Positions 51,138 to 61,097 of a DNA stretch of 64,000 nucleotides are shown here, in pieces. The stretch covers positions 1,184,001 through 1,248,000 of the forward strand of contig CAWCKH010000004.1 in the NCBI GenBank assembly GCA_963796055.1. The letters are read 5' to 3'. Made by a program: the position numbers and the translations under genes. Position 1 is the stretch's first letter; each line of letters begins with the position of its first letter. The notes under the pieces were generated by a model, which was given only the letters and a program-made list of their open reading frames with translations, did no database searches and had not been told where the DNA came from. This DNA is from an uncultured delta proteobacterium. Its GTDB lineage: Bacteria; Myxococcota; Myxococcia; Myxococcales; Myxococcaceae.

Positions 51138-51808
51138 GGAGCGACCCTCGCCGTGGCGGCCCGCAGGCGTGAGATGAGCGCTTCCAGCCCCGCGCCTCCG
51201 GCAGCCGGGTCCTCGACGTAGGTACCGCGGAGCGCTCGGAGCTCGGCGATGAAGGCCTCCGGCCGTACGCGGGCGCGCGCGGCCTCCAGCCGCGATGACG
51301 CGAGGCGTCCCAGCATCTCGTTTCGTCGCGACTCCAGGGCCTGGACAGTCCGGGCTGCCTCCAGCCGTTCCCGGTGACCGGCATAGACGAAGGCCGCGAG
51401 GCCCATGCGCAGGAGGAGCACGCGAAATGCGTTGAACTCCGGCGCGACCGGCGAGCCGGGGGGCGCCCAGGCCTGCGCCGGAAAGCCGAGCCAGCCGCAC
51501 AAAAGAATCGTGAGCGCTGCCACCAGCGCGGACCCCACCAGCACCAGGACCGTGTAGGGCACCGCTCGGCCCCGGGAAGTCGACGCCCGCTCGGCCAGGA
51601 GGAATCCCGGGACGAAGACGAGAACCGCGAGAATCCAGAGGAGCGCCCACGGAGTCAGGTGAATGGGGATCTGACTCGGCCGGACCCCATGCACGAGCTT
51701 CATGAAAGCCCTCTGGCCAACGAAGACGAGAAACAGCACCGCCCCCATGAGCAGCAGCGAGCGGGCGCTCCCGGGCGTCGATGTCTTGCTCTGGCGGGTG
51801 GTCGTCAT
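51134..51808 (-). CDS. Membrane protein with a degenerate LytS-type dimerisation helix (paralog 2)
   Basis: Clear paralog of 48418-49083 (FVPGFLLAE, ARVRPEAFI.ELRALR, VAP*). Confidence 0.78.
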   Translation of the reverse strand: MTTTRQSKTSTPGSARSLLLMGAVLFLVFVGQRAFMKLVHGVRPSQIPIHLTPWALLWILAVLVFVPGFLLAERASTSRGRAVPYTVLVLVGSALVAALTILLCGWLGFPAQAWAPPGSPVAPEFNAFRVLLLRMGLAAFVYAGHRERLEAARTVQALESRRNEMLGRLASSRLEAARARVRPEAFIAELRALRGTYVEDPAAGGAGLEALISRLRAATARVAP

Positions 51809-52848
51809 GCGGTCGGGTGTCGGGCGAGGGGAATCCGGAGCGAGGCCTGCACACCTCGCGGCTCGTTGAGCGACAGCGTGAGTCCCGCGGCATCACCGTA
51901 CCGGAGCGCGAGCCGAGATCGGAGGTTGGCCAGTCCGGTGCCCCCTCCCGTCCCGGCGCCCATCCCTGCACCGGTGTCCGCCACGCGTACCAGGAGCGCC
52001 TCGCCCGAGCTCTCGGCCGAGAGGCGGATGGCGCCGCCCTCCGGCAGCGGACCCAGCCCGTGCTTGAGTGAGTTCTCCACCAGCGTGAGCAGCATCATGG
52101 AGGGCAACTCGCAGCCGAGGAGTCCGTCAGGGAAGGTGATGTCGTACTGGAGGCGGTCGCCAAAGCGAGGACGATGCAGACGGAGGTAGGCGGCCACCAG
52201 CGCGCGTTCCTCGTCGAGGGTCGTTCGTTCCCTTTGCAGGCCGGGAAGCGATCGCTCCAGGTACTCGATCAGGTCGTCGAGCATCTCGAGCCCCGTCTGC
52301 GGATCGCTTCGCTGCAGCTGGCGGACGTTGGCCAGGGTGTTGAAGAGGAAGTGAGGCTCGATCTGGGCCTCGAGCAGTCGCGCTCTGGCCTCCTGCAGGT
52401 CGGTCTCGAGCCGCGCCGTCGCCTCCTTCATCTCGTGCGCGACGGCCTGGCCTCGGACGGCGCGCGCGTGCAGCTCGAGCGCACCGACCAAGAGGGCTGC
52501 CCGGGCCAGCCCTCCGAAGGCGTCCAGGGCCACGGCAGCGATCTCGTAGGGCTCCGGGTAGGTGGTGACGGCCGCCCCGAGCGTCGCGGCGATCCCGATT
52601 CCGAGCGCGAGGGGCCCAAAGGACAGAGAGCGTCCAGCGTCGGTCCGACGGCGCGCGTACCGGACCAGCAGCAGCAGCGGGACGAATTCGAGGACGCTCT
52701 GGATCAGGAGGCTCGGGACCCGGCCCGGCGGTATCCGCACGGTCATGAACACGCCCGCCGTGTCGATGGCCGCGCACCCGAGCAGCAGCGCGACGTCGCG
52801 CTGAAATACCGCCGAGGCGAGTCGTCTCCAGGCACGGCCCATCGCCAT
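51805..52848 (-). CDS. LytS/YehU-type sensor histidine kinase (paralog 2)
   Basis: AQIEPHFLFNTL, VENSLKHG, DTGAG. Confidence 0.93.
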   Translation of the reverse strand: MAMGRAWRRLASAVFQRDVALLLGCAAIDTAGVFMTVRIPPGRVPSLLIQSVLEFVPLLLLVRYARRRTDAGRSLSFGPLALGIGIAATLGAAVTTYPEPYEIAAVALDAFGGLARAALLVGALELHARAVRGQAVAHEMKEATARLETDLQEARARLLEAQIEPHFLFNTLANVRQLQRSDPQTGLEMLDDLIEYLERSLPGLQRERTTLDEERALVAAYLRLHRPRFGDRLQYDITFPDGLLGCELPSMMLLTLVENSLKHGLGPLPEGGAIRLSAESSGEALLVRVADTGAGMGAGTGGGTGLANLRSRLALRYGDAAGLTLSLNEPRGVQASLRIPLARHPTA

Positions 52849-53052
52849 TCCCCCTGCCTTGCTGCGGGGCCGAGCTTATTCGGCTTGAGTGCGATGCGGC
52901 GCGTCGAACCGAGGCCCGAACCAATCCATCGCCCGGACCGCATCGCCTGTCGGGAATCCGCGGTCATTCGTCGGTTCCCCGCCCATCCCGCGGTTGGTGC
53001 GGTTCAGCGTTGCGCCGTCGGTCCCGGCGTCCAGGGGCCGGGGGAGGCGCGC

Positions 53053-54279
53053 ATGATCCGGAAAGATGCAACTGAGATGCTCGTTGCCCGGGGTGGGTGG
53101 GTCGCCGGGTGGTCGGTGCTGCTGCTGGGCCTGGCTCTGGGCTGCGGCGGCGGGGTCTCGGGGGGAGACCAGAGCACGCAGGACGCGCTCGCGGCGGAGT
53201 CGCACGCCGGAGGGGCTCCACCCCAGGCAGTCGTGACGGTCTTTGCGTCGGGGCTCAACAACCCGCGCGGGCTCAAGTTCGGGCCGGACGGCGATCTCTA
53301 CGTCGCCGAGGGAGGACTCGGCGGCTCCGACCTCCCGCCTTCGACCCCGGATTGCACCACGCCTCCCTCGGTGGGGCCGTACCACGGAAGCCCGGTGGGC
53401 TCGCGCATCTCGAGGTTCGATCGCCATGGCCGGCAGACGACGGTCGTCGACAACTTGCCCTCGAGTCAGACCAACGAGGCAACGGGGCATCTCGTGTCTG
53501 GCGTCGCGGACATCGCCTTCCTCGATGCTACGCTGTACGGGATCCTGGCGGGCGCTGGTTGCTCACACGGCGTTCCGGACATTCCCAACCAGGTCTTCCG
53601 TGTCCACCGCAACGGAAGTTGGTCGCTCGTCGCGGACCTGGGCGCCTTCCAGAGGGCCCATCCAGTCGCGAATCCGGAGCCGGATGACTTCGAGCCCGAC
53701 GGCACCTGGTACAGCATGATCGCGGTTCACGGCGCGCTCTACGCTGTCGAGCCCAATCACGGAGAGATCGACCAGATCCGGACCAGCGGTCGGATCACCC
53801 GGCTCATCGACGTGTCGGCGAGCCAGGGTCACGTGGTGCCGACGGCCCTGACTTACCACCGCGGCAACTTCTACGTCGGCAACCTCTCGACGTTCCCGCA
53901 GGCCCCTGGGTCCTCGAAGATCTGGAAGGTCAACCCCGGGGGCCACATCAGCCTGCATGCCACCGGGTTCAACATGGTGCTCGGGCTGACCTTCGACCAC
54001 CAGGGCCGGATGTACGTGCTCCAGGCGTCGGAGGCGCCGGTCCCCACGCCGAACACGGGCAGCGTGGTCCGGGTGAGCCGAGACGGCAGCAGCCGTACCA
54101 CCATCGCCAGCGGGCTGTTCCTCCCCACCGGGATGACCTTCGGACCCGAAGGCGACCTGTACATCTCGAACGTCGGCTTCGGTCCTCCGCCGATCGGGCT
54201 CGGTCAGATCCTCCGGGTGCACCTGCCCCACGACGACCACGACGGCGATCAGGACCACCCGGGCGACGGGGACGACTGA
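53053..54279 (+). CDS. ScyD/ScyE-family beta-propeller lipoprotein
   Basis: LALGC; GLNNPRGLKFGPDGDLYVAEGG, VEPNHGE, VPT, GLFLPTGMTFGP. Confidence 0.82.
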   Translation: MIRKDATEMLVARGGWVAGWSVLLLGLALGCGGGVSGGDQSTQDALAAESHAGGAPPQAVVTVFASGLNNPRGLKFGPDGDLYVAEGGLGGSDLPPSTPDCTTPPSVGPYHGSPVGSRISRFDRHGRQTTVVDNLPSSQTNEATGHLVSGVADIAFLDATLYGILAGAGCSHGVPDIPNQVFRVHRNGSWSLVADLGAFQRAHPVANPEPDDFEPDGTWYSMIAVHGALYAVEPNHGEIDQIRTSGRITRLIDVSASQGHVVPTALTYHRGNFYVGNLSTFPQAPGSSKIWKVNPGGHISLHATGFNMVLGLTFDHQGRMYVLQASEAPVPTPNTGSVVRVSRDGSSRTTIASGLFLPTGMTFGPEGDLYISNVGFGPPPIGLGQILRVHLPHDDHDGDQDHPGDGDD

Positions 54280-54306
54280 CCCGATGGGCCAGGAAGGGAA
54301 CCGATC

Positions 54307-54990
54307 ATGCGAAGGATCATGCTCTTTGTGGTCGCGGGGGTGCTGGGCTGCGGTGGCGGTGGCGGTGGCGGTGGCGGTGGCGACGGCGGCACCACGAACC
54401 ACGCGCCCAGCGTGAAGGTGGACGCGGGACCCAGTCCGATCATCATGGGCCAGACGACACAGCTCTCGACGCAGGCCACCGACCAAGACAACGACACGCT
54501 GACCTATAGCTGGGCCCAGACCGCTCCGGCCTCCCCGCAGGGGACCTTCAGCTCACTGACCTCGGCCAACGAAGCCTGGACGGCGCCCACCGTCTCGGCG
54601 GCCACCCGCTTCACCCTGTTGGTCACCGTCTCGGATGGGCACGGCGGCACCGGCACCGGCCCCGCGACCGCCTACGCCAAGACGTCCACGGATCCATCCT
54701 TCCTCGCGGACGTCCAGCCCTTCCTGGTCGGGTGCTTTGGGAGCTGCCACACGGCGCCCACCGGGCGCCAGCCGCTGGCCGAGTACGCGACGCTGGTGAA
54801 CACTCCAGCGGAGGTTGAGTGCCCGGGGGAGCTGCGGGTCAAGCCAGGCGACCCAGACAACTCCGTGCTCTACAAGACGATGTCCGGCGCAAGCTGTGGG
54901 AACCAAATGCCTCCCACCCCCCCGTACTCCGGCACGGACGACCTCGATTCGATCCGCACATGGATCTCGCAGGGGGCGCTGAACAACTAG
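54307..54990 (+). CDS. Lipoprotein with an Ig/PKD-like domain and a putative c-type cytochrome domain
   Basis: VLGC + poly-Gly; [15 protein letters not shown]...[10 protein letters not shown]...MPP...WISQGA. Confidence 0.7.
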   Translation: MRRIMLFVVAGVLGCGGGGGGGGGGDGGTTNHAPSVKVDAGPSPIIMGQTTQLSTQATDQDNDTLTYSWAQTAPASPQGTFSSLTSANEAWTAPTVSAATRFTLLVTVSDGHGGTGTGPATAYAKTSTDPSFLADVQPFLVGCFGSCHTAPTGRQPLAEYATLVNTPAEVECPGELRVKPGDPDNSVLYKTMSGASCGNQMPPTPPYSGTDDLDSIRTWISQGALNN

Positions 54991-56096
54991 CCGAACAGCT
55001 CGCGCACCTTCTCGAAGAAGGTCTTGGTCTGCGGATGCGTCTGCTCGCCGGAGAGCTCGGCGAAGCGTTCGAGCAGCTCCTTCTGCTCGGCGCTCAGGTG
55101 GGTGGGCGTCTCCACCAGGATGCGCACGTGCTGGTCACCGCGGCCGCCGCCGTGCAGGTGCGGGATGCCCTTCCCCTTGATGCGGAACACTTTGCCGCTC
55201 TGCGTCCCGGCGGGAATCTTCATCCGGTGCTTGCCGTCCAGGGTGGGCACGTCGAGCTGGGCTCCGAGCGCGGCCTGCACGAAGGACACCGGCACCTCGC
55301 ACAGCACCTCGGTGTCCTCGCGCACGAAGATGGGGTGGTCCTTCGCGTGGACGACCACGTAGAGGTCGCCGGGCGGGCCCCCGCGCTCTCCCGGCTCGCC
55401 CTCGCCGGCGACGCGGACCCGCGTCCCGGTGTCCACACCGGGGGGAATCTTGACCGTGAGCGTGGTGTGCCCGTCGATGCGCCCCGACCCGCGGCAGTGC
55501 ATGCAGGGCGTGCTCGCGGTCTGCCCCGAGCCGCCGCACGTGGTGCACGGCCGGCTGACCGAGAAGAAGCCCTGCGTGTAGCGGAGCTCGCCTGCTCCCC
55601 CGCAGGCCGGGCAAGTACGCACCCGCTTGTCCGCGCTTCCCGTTCCCTCGCAGGGCTCGCAGCGCTTCGGCTTGGGGATGCGGACCTGCACCTCGGAGCC
55701 GAACGCCGCCTCCTCGAAGGTGACCTCGAGGTTGTAGCGGAGGTCCGCGCCCCGGCTCCGTCCGCCCCGCCGCGCGCGGGTGGCGCCGAAGATGTCGCCG
55801 AAGATCTCTCCCAGCACCTCGTTCAGGTTCGAGGGATTGAACCCGCCGAAGCCCTCGAAGACGTTGCCGCCGTGCCCGAACCGGTCGTAGCGGGAGCGCT
55901 TCTCCGGATCTGAGAGGACCTCGTAGGCCTCCGAGGCTTCCTTGAAGCTCTCTTCCGCCTGGTGGTCTCCGGGGTTCCGGTCGGGGTGGTACTGCAGGGC
56001 CAGCTTCCGGTACGCGGTCTTCAGCTCCGCCGCCGTGCACTCCCGCGCCACACCGAGGACCTCGTAGTAATCCCGCTTGCTCGCAGTGGCCGCCAT
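54987..56096 (-). CDS. dnaJ: Chaperone DnaJ
   Basis: HPD J-domain, G/F region, four CxxCxGxG motifs. Confidence 0.96.
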   Translation of the reverse strand: MAATASKRDYYEVLGVARECTAAELKTAYRKLALQYHPDRNPGDHQAEESFKEASEAYEVLSDPEKRSRYDRFGHGGNVFEGFGGFNPSNLNEVLGEIFGDIFGATRARRGGRSRGADLRYNLEVTFEEAAFGSEVQVRIPKPKRCEPCEGTGSADKRVRTCPACGGAGELRYTQGFFSVSRPCTTCGGSGQTASTPCMHCRGSGRIDGHTTLTVKIPPGVDTGTRVRVAGEGEPGERGGPPGDLYVVVHAKDHPIFVREDTEVLCEVPVSFVQAALGAQLDVPTLDGKHRMKIPAGTQSGKVFRIKGKGIPHLHGGGRGDQHVRILVETPTHLSAEQKELLERFAELSGEQTHPQTKTFFEKVRELFG

Positions 56097-56200
56097 CCGT
56101 CCTTGCTCAACCCTTCATCGCCACAGGGGATTCTCGCCCCGGGCTCGCAGGGCGGCGGGAGCATAATGCAGCGGCGTCGCCGGGCAACGCGCGTGGGGCG

Positions 56201-56653
56201 CTACACCAACCAAATGCGGTTGGGCTGGACGTCCATGTCCCGGAGCCGCCGGCGCAGGCGCCGGTCGATGCCCCCCCGCGAGGTCCAGCGAGGCACCACG
56301 AAGTGCAGCTCGGCCGAGTACAGGCGCGCGGCGCTGGCCAGGAGCGACCAGCGGCTGTCGTTCGCCGGGTCGTCCAGCTCCGAGGGGAGCACCACCTCGA
56401 GCAGCACCGGCGTCCGGGCGCGGTCCCCCTGCCGGCAGGTCATGTCCGGGCGCTGGTCCTCGAGCGTGCCGTTGAGCACCGCCGGTGCGGTGTGCCCCGG
56501 CAGCCGCGCCTTCACGTCCGAGTAGCCCAGGGTGCGGAAGAACTCGGCCATGAGCCACAGGAGGTGGCGGCGCGGGCCTTCGCCCAGCACCGGGGCGCAC
56601 GCCTGCGGTGGCGCTCCCTCGGTCTCCGTCTCCAGGCGGCCTTCCAGCTTCAT
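56201..56653 (-). CDS. Hypothetical protein
   Basis: Coherent ORF with PD..C....LLEV (possibly PD-(D/E)xK-like). Confidence 0.55.
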   Translation of the reverse strand: MKLEGRLETETEGAPPQACAPVLGEGPRRHLLWLMAEFFRTLGYSDVKARLPGHTAPAVLNGTLEDQRPDMTCRQGDRARTPVLLEVVLPSELDDPANDSRWSLLASAARLYSAELHFVVPRWTSRGGIDRRLRRRLRDMDVQPNRIWLV

Positions 56654-56737
56654 CCCGGAGCGGACGGTTTGAATCCCGGAGGATTCCGGCAATCCTTGAC
56701 ACGAGCACGCGCCGGAACGCATGGCTGGTCACCGGGC

Positions 56738-58489
56738 ATGAACTCCACCCTGCGCCGGCTCCTCGGGCTCCTGCGCCCCTCGGCACGCCTCGTCATGGGC
56801 GCGGTGCTCGCTGCGGCGGTGAGCGCCGGGGCCGCCGCCGGCTACGCCTGGCTCATCGGGCCGCTGCTCCGGAGCGTGCTCCTCTCCGAGCGGGTGCACT
56901 TCTGGGGCCTGTACACCTCGCCGGATCGGGCCCGCTGGCTGCTTCCCGGGCTGCTGGTGCTGCTGGCGCTGGTCAAGGCCGGGGCCCAGCTGCTGCAGAC
57001 CGGGTGGATGCAGGTGGCCGGCCAGCGCGCGCTCGCCCGCATGCGCTCGGACCTCTACGCGCACCTGCTCACGCTTCCCCCGGCCACCCACGACGCGCGG
57101 GCCGGGGGCGACGTGCTCAGCCGGCTCACCGCCGACGTGGCGCAGGTGGAGTTCGCGGTGACGCAGGCGCTCACCAGCTGGGTCCGCGACGCGCTCCAGC
57201 TCCTCGCGCTGCTCGCGGTGTGCCTGGTGCTCGACTGGAGGCTCTTCGCCCTGAGCTTCGTGGTCTTCCCCGCGGCGCTGCTGCCCATCACCCGCTTCGC
57301 CCGGGCGGTGAAGAAGACCGCGCGCGCCACGCAGGGCAGCCTGGGGAACCTCACCGCCCTGGTCGGCGAGCAGCTGCACGCGCTGCCGGTGGTCCAGGCG
57401 TACGGGATGGAGCCGCGCGTCCGGACCACGTTCGACGCCGAGCAGGCTCGCTACCTCCGGGAGATGGACCGCTCGCTCCTGCTCCGCGGGGCGGCGAGCC
57501 CGTCCATCGAGCTGCTGGGCATCACCGGGCTGGCGCTTGCGCTGGCGGTGGGCGCGCGGGCGGTGCGCGCCGACGCCTCGCTCGCCAGCCATCTGATGTC
57601 CTACGTGGGCGCGGTGCTGCTCATGTACGGCCCGTTGAAGACGCTCTCCTCCACCGTCACCCAGGTCGTCGCCGGCCTGGGCGCGGCCGAGCGGGTGTTC
57701 GAGCTCGAGGACCGGAACGTCCCACCCGACAGGGGAGATGCCGCGCCTCCGCTCCGCCGCGCGCTGAGGCTGGAGGACCTCCGCATCCGGTACGGCGAGG
57801 TGGAGGCGCTCCGCGGGCTCACCCTCGAGCTTCCCGCAGGGAAGACGGTGGCCCTGGTGGGCGCGTCGGGCGCGGGCAAGACCACCGTCTTCTCGGCCCT
57901 GCTGCGGTTCGTCGACCCATCGGGCGGGCGCATCCTCTGGGACGGCCAGGACGTGAAGAGCTACACCCGGGCCTCGGTGCGCGCGCGCATCGCCTGGGTG
58001 CCGCAGGAGCCGGTCCTCTTCGCCGGCTCGGTGCGCGATGCGGTCCTGGTGGGAAGGCCCGACGCCACCGACGCCGAGGTGTGGAGCGCGCTCGAGCGGG
58101 CCCACGGCGCCGAGTTCGTCCGCGCCTTGCCGCAGGGCCTGAACACGCAGGTGGGCGAACGCGGTGCGCAGCTGAGCGGCGGACAGAAGCAGAGGCTGGC
58201 CATCGCCCGGGCGTTCGTCCGGGAGCCTTCGCTGCTCCTGCTGGACGAGCCCACCAGCAGCCTAGACGCGGCCAGCGAGGCGCTGGTGCAGGCCGGGCTG
58301 GCCCAGCTGAAGGCGGGGCGGACCACGCTGGTCATCGCCCACCGTCTGTCGACGGTCCGCAACGCCGACCTCATCGTCGTGCTCGAGGCAGGCCGGGTCG
58401 TCGAGCAGGGAACGCACGAGCAGCTGGTGGCGCACGGCACGGCATACCGGCGGCTCCTGGACCGGGGAGGCGCCGATGGCGCAGCGTGA
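56738..58489 (+). CDS. MsbA-like ABC exporter (TMD + NBD)
   Basis: GASGAGKT, LSGGQKQR, LLLDEPTS, IAHRLST. Confidence 0.92.
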   Translation: MNSTLRRLLGLLRPSARLVMGAVLAAAVSAGAAAGYAWLIGPLLRSVLLSERVHFWGLYTSPDRARWLLPGLLVLLALVKAGAQLLQTGWMQVAGQRALARMRSDLYAHLLTLPPATHDARAGGDVLSRLTADVAQVEFAVTQALTSWVRDALQLLALLAVCLVLDWRLFALSFVVFPAALLPITRFARAVKKTARATQGSLGNLTALVGEQLHALPVVQAYGMEPRVRTTFDAEQARYLREMDRSLLLRGAASPSIELLGITGLALALAVGARAVRADASLASHLMSYVGAVLLMYGPLKTLSSTVTQVVAGLGAAERVFELEDRNVPPDRGDAAPPLRRALRLEDLRIRYGEVEALRGLTLELPAGKTVALVGASGAGKTTVFSALLRFVDPSGGRILWDGQDVKSYTRASVRARIAWVPQEPVLFAGSVRDAVLVGRPDATDAEVWSALERAHGAEFVRALPQGLNTQVGERGAQLSGGQKQRLAIARAFVREPSLLLLDEPTSSLDAASEALVQAGLAQLKAGRTTLVIAHRLSTVRNADLIVVLEAGRVVEQGTHEQLVAHGTAYRRLLDRGGADGAA

Positions 58490-59244
58490 ACGGCGCGGCG
58501 GTGAGGGCTCCGGGTTCGTGCACCGCTTCGAGAGTCCCGAGGTGCTCGCCGAGCTGCTCGGCATCGCCGGCTCGCTGCTCGGCCCGGACGAGGTGCTGGA
58601 GCGCTTCCGGGCCGGCCGGGCCCGAGGGCGCCGGGGCCAGCGAGGTCATCCCCACGCTGTTCGCCGAGCCGCCGCGCTTCCCGCACCCGGACGTGGCCCG
58701 GCAGCTGTTCCAGAACCTGCTCGGGCTCTGGGACGCCTCCGCCTCGCCCGGCTTTCGCTTCTCCGGAGCGTCGGCGGCTGCACGGCCTCCCCGTCCTCGG
58801 ACGGTGGAGCCCCCGGGTCCCCCGGGACCGGGCGGGCCGGGTGCGTCGTACGTGGACGCCGTTCGTGGGTGGCTGGCGACGGATCGGCGAGCCCGGGAGC
58901 GGCTGACCGATTCGTTCGAGAACCGGCAGGACGCCCTCCTGGGCTCCCTTGACGAGCGGGGGCTCTCGGACGAAGGTTGGGGGGTCCTCCGCCAGCTGGC
59001 GTTCGAGTTGCACGCCGTTCTCGAGCACGCAGATGGCGCCGCCCCGGCGTCGGTTCCGCCCGAGGCGCTCGAGGGCGACCCAGCGACGAAAGGCCCGGTG
59101 GAGCTGATCGGCCTCGTCGACCAGGCGTTCGCCCGTGCCGAGCAGGACGGCACAGGACCGGTGCCGGAGGCGGAACGCGAGACGGTTCGCACCCTCGGCC
59201 GGCAGGTGCTCGGCGCCCTGTGGGAGGCGCGGGCCCGGAGGTGA
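58476..59244 (+). CDS. Hypothetical protein; frameshift near 58628
   Basis: ORF 58476 (FHRFE-like start) joins the frame ending at 59244 (EVIPTLFAEPPRFP...). Confidence 0.6.
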
Positions 59245-59807
59245 TGGATACCATGGTGAAGGACGACGACGACGGCGGCGGCTTCACCGGGAAGCGCAAC
59301 AAGAGCTGGCGGGAGATCGACGCCCGGCGCGGCAAGAGCAAGTACCACTCGCGCCAGGACGACCCCGCGCAGCAGCGCATCGAGCGCAGCGCGACGTACA
59401 CCCGGTACAAGCAGGCCGCGGACGCGCTCTTCACCGGGGGCGCTCTCCCGGAAGGCCTGGCCAAGACGTTCGACCCGGACGGCAAGCGCCAGGCGCAGAA
59501 GGAGGCCATGGCCAAGCTCCGCGAGCTGCCCGACCGGAAGGCCTGGGCCCAGGGCGTGCTCGAATACCTCGAGAAGTACCCGGAGCTGCCGGACGACCCG
59601 TACTTCCTCGACTCGCTGCTGGACCATCCCCGTGAGCGCGTGGTCGGGCAGGCGCTGGGAAAGCTCGAGGGGATGCAGGAGGCCGGGACGCTCAAGGCCA
59701 AGCTGCCCAAGAGCCTCGACCAGCGGCTGAAGGCGCTGGAGCTGACCAGCATGGATCCGGACCTGCAGCAGCGGGCCCGGGTGTTGCGCGAACAGCTGAG
59801 GGCGTGA
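59244..59807 (+). CDS. Hypothetical protein
   Basis: Strong codon bias; coupled to its neighbours. Confidence 0.75.
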   Translation: MDTMVKDDDDGGGFTGKRNKSWREIDARRGKSKYHSRQDDPAQQRIERSATYTRYKQAADALFTGGALPEGLAKTFDPDGKRQAQKEAMAKLRELPDRKAWAQGVLEYLEKYPELPDDPYFLDSLLDHPRERVVGQALGKLEGMQEAGTLKAKLPKSLDQRLKALELTSMDPDLQQRARVLREQLRA

Positions 59808-60271
59808 GCGCCGGCTGGTCGATTCGCCCCGTCCGCCGCGACGACGCGCCGGCCCTGCACCGGATGCGCGAGGAGGCGGGCTGGGAGGCGGAGAAGGTTC
59901 CCGGGTGGATCGCCGCGTCCCTTTCCGGTGAGCGACCGACGTGGGTCGCCGAGCTCGCGGGGGAGACGGTGGGGATGGTCAGCCTCGAGCTGACGGACCC
60001 CGACCCCGAGGTCGCGGACGGCAGAGAGGTCGCGGCAGTGACGAGCCTCTCGGTGCTCGCCAGCGCCGGACGCCGGGGCATCGGCCGCGCGCTGACCGTC
60101 TTTGCCGAGGCTCAGGCCCGCGCCCGGGGTGTCCGGGTGCTGACGCTCAACACCCGCCCGACGAACGCGGCGGCCGTCGCGCTCTACGAGGGCCTCGGCT
60201 ACCGGGCCTGGAAGCAGGAGGAGCGCCCCTGGGGGCTCGCGATCTTCCTCCGGAAGTCACTCACCCCTTGA
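59804..60271 (+). CDS. GNAT acetyltransferase
   Basis: RRGIGRAL, NAAAVALYEGLGY. Confidence 0.9.
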   Translation: MSAGWSIRPVRRDDAPALHRMREEAGWEAEKVPGWIAASLSGERPTWVAELAGETVGMVSLELTDPDPEVADGREVAAVTSLSVLASAGRRGIGRALTVFAEAQARARGVRVLTLNTRPTNAAAVALYEGLGYRAWKQEERPWGLAIFLRKSLTP

Positions 60272-60411
60272 CAAGGTGACGGATCCGTGACGATTTCCGC
60301 CCGAGCCGGTGAAGGAAACCGGCGGCCAGGCGTTCGTTTGGCCGCAGTCCGGGGGGACACCACACACGCTCGCACCCACGCTCACCCGACGGTAGGTCGG
60401 TCGGGCGGCGG

Positions 60412-60945
60412 TGCGAGCAGTGCCACGCGGAGAGCGGCGCGGTGGCGCCCATCGGCCCGAAGACCCACTGGCTGAACGCCGACTACGCTTACCCCGAGGG
60501 TACCGAGAACCAGCTCACCCACTGGTCGCGGATCGGCATCCTCTCCGGGGCACCGGATCCGGCGAACGCGCCGAGGCTGCCGGCGGCGGCCGATCCGGAC
60601 GCGGGCACGGTGGAGCAGCGCGCGCGGTCATACCTCGAGGCCAACTGTGGCTTCTGTCACAACCCCACCGGGAACGCGCGGGCGAGCGGCCTCTACCTCC
60701 GGGCCGACGTGACCGACCCGAACCAGCTCGGGATCTGCAAGCGTCCCGTCGCCGCGGGCCCCGGTGCTGGAGGACGCCCCCACGACATCACGCCGGGCAG
60801 CCCGGACGCGTCGGTCGTCACCTACCGGATCGAGTCCACCTCGCCGGCTTCGGCGATGCCGCAGATCGGCCGGAGCGTGGTGGACACCCACGGTGTCGCG
60901 CTGATCAACCAGTGGATCAGCGAGATGTCCGGCACGTGTGACTGA
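60412..60945 (+). pseudogene. C-terminal fragment of an SO2930-like diheme cytochrome c
   Basis: CEQCH (60412) and NCGFCHNP, RARSYL, MPQIGR; no start or signal peptide. Confidence 0.65.
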
Positions 60946-61097
60946 GGGGGCGCTCTCGCGGCGCTGACCCAGCAGCCGTTCCCGGGGTCGGCCAGGAGCG
61001 TCCTCGACAACCGTGGACTGTCCAGCGGACAGCCGGAGATGCACCCGGCCCTCGCCGGTTGCCTGCAGACCGGGGATCGGGCAGAGCACTGCCCCTC

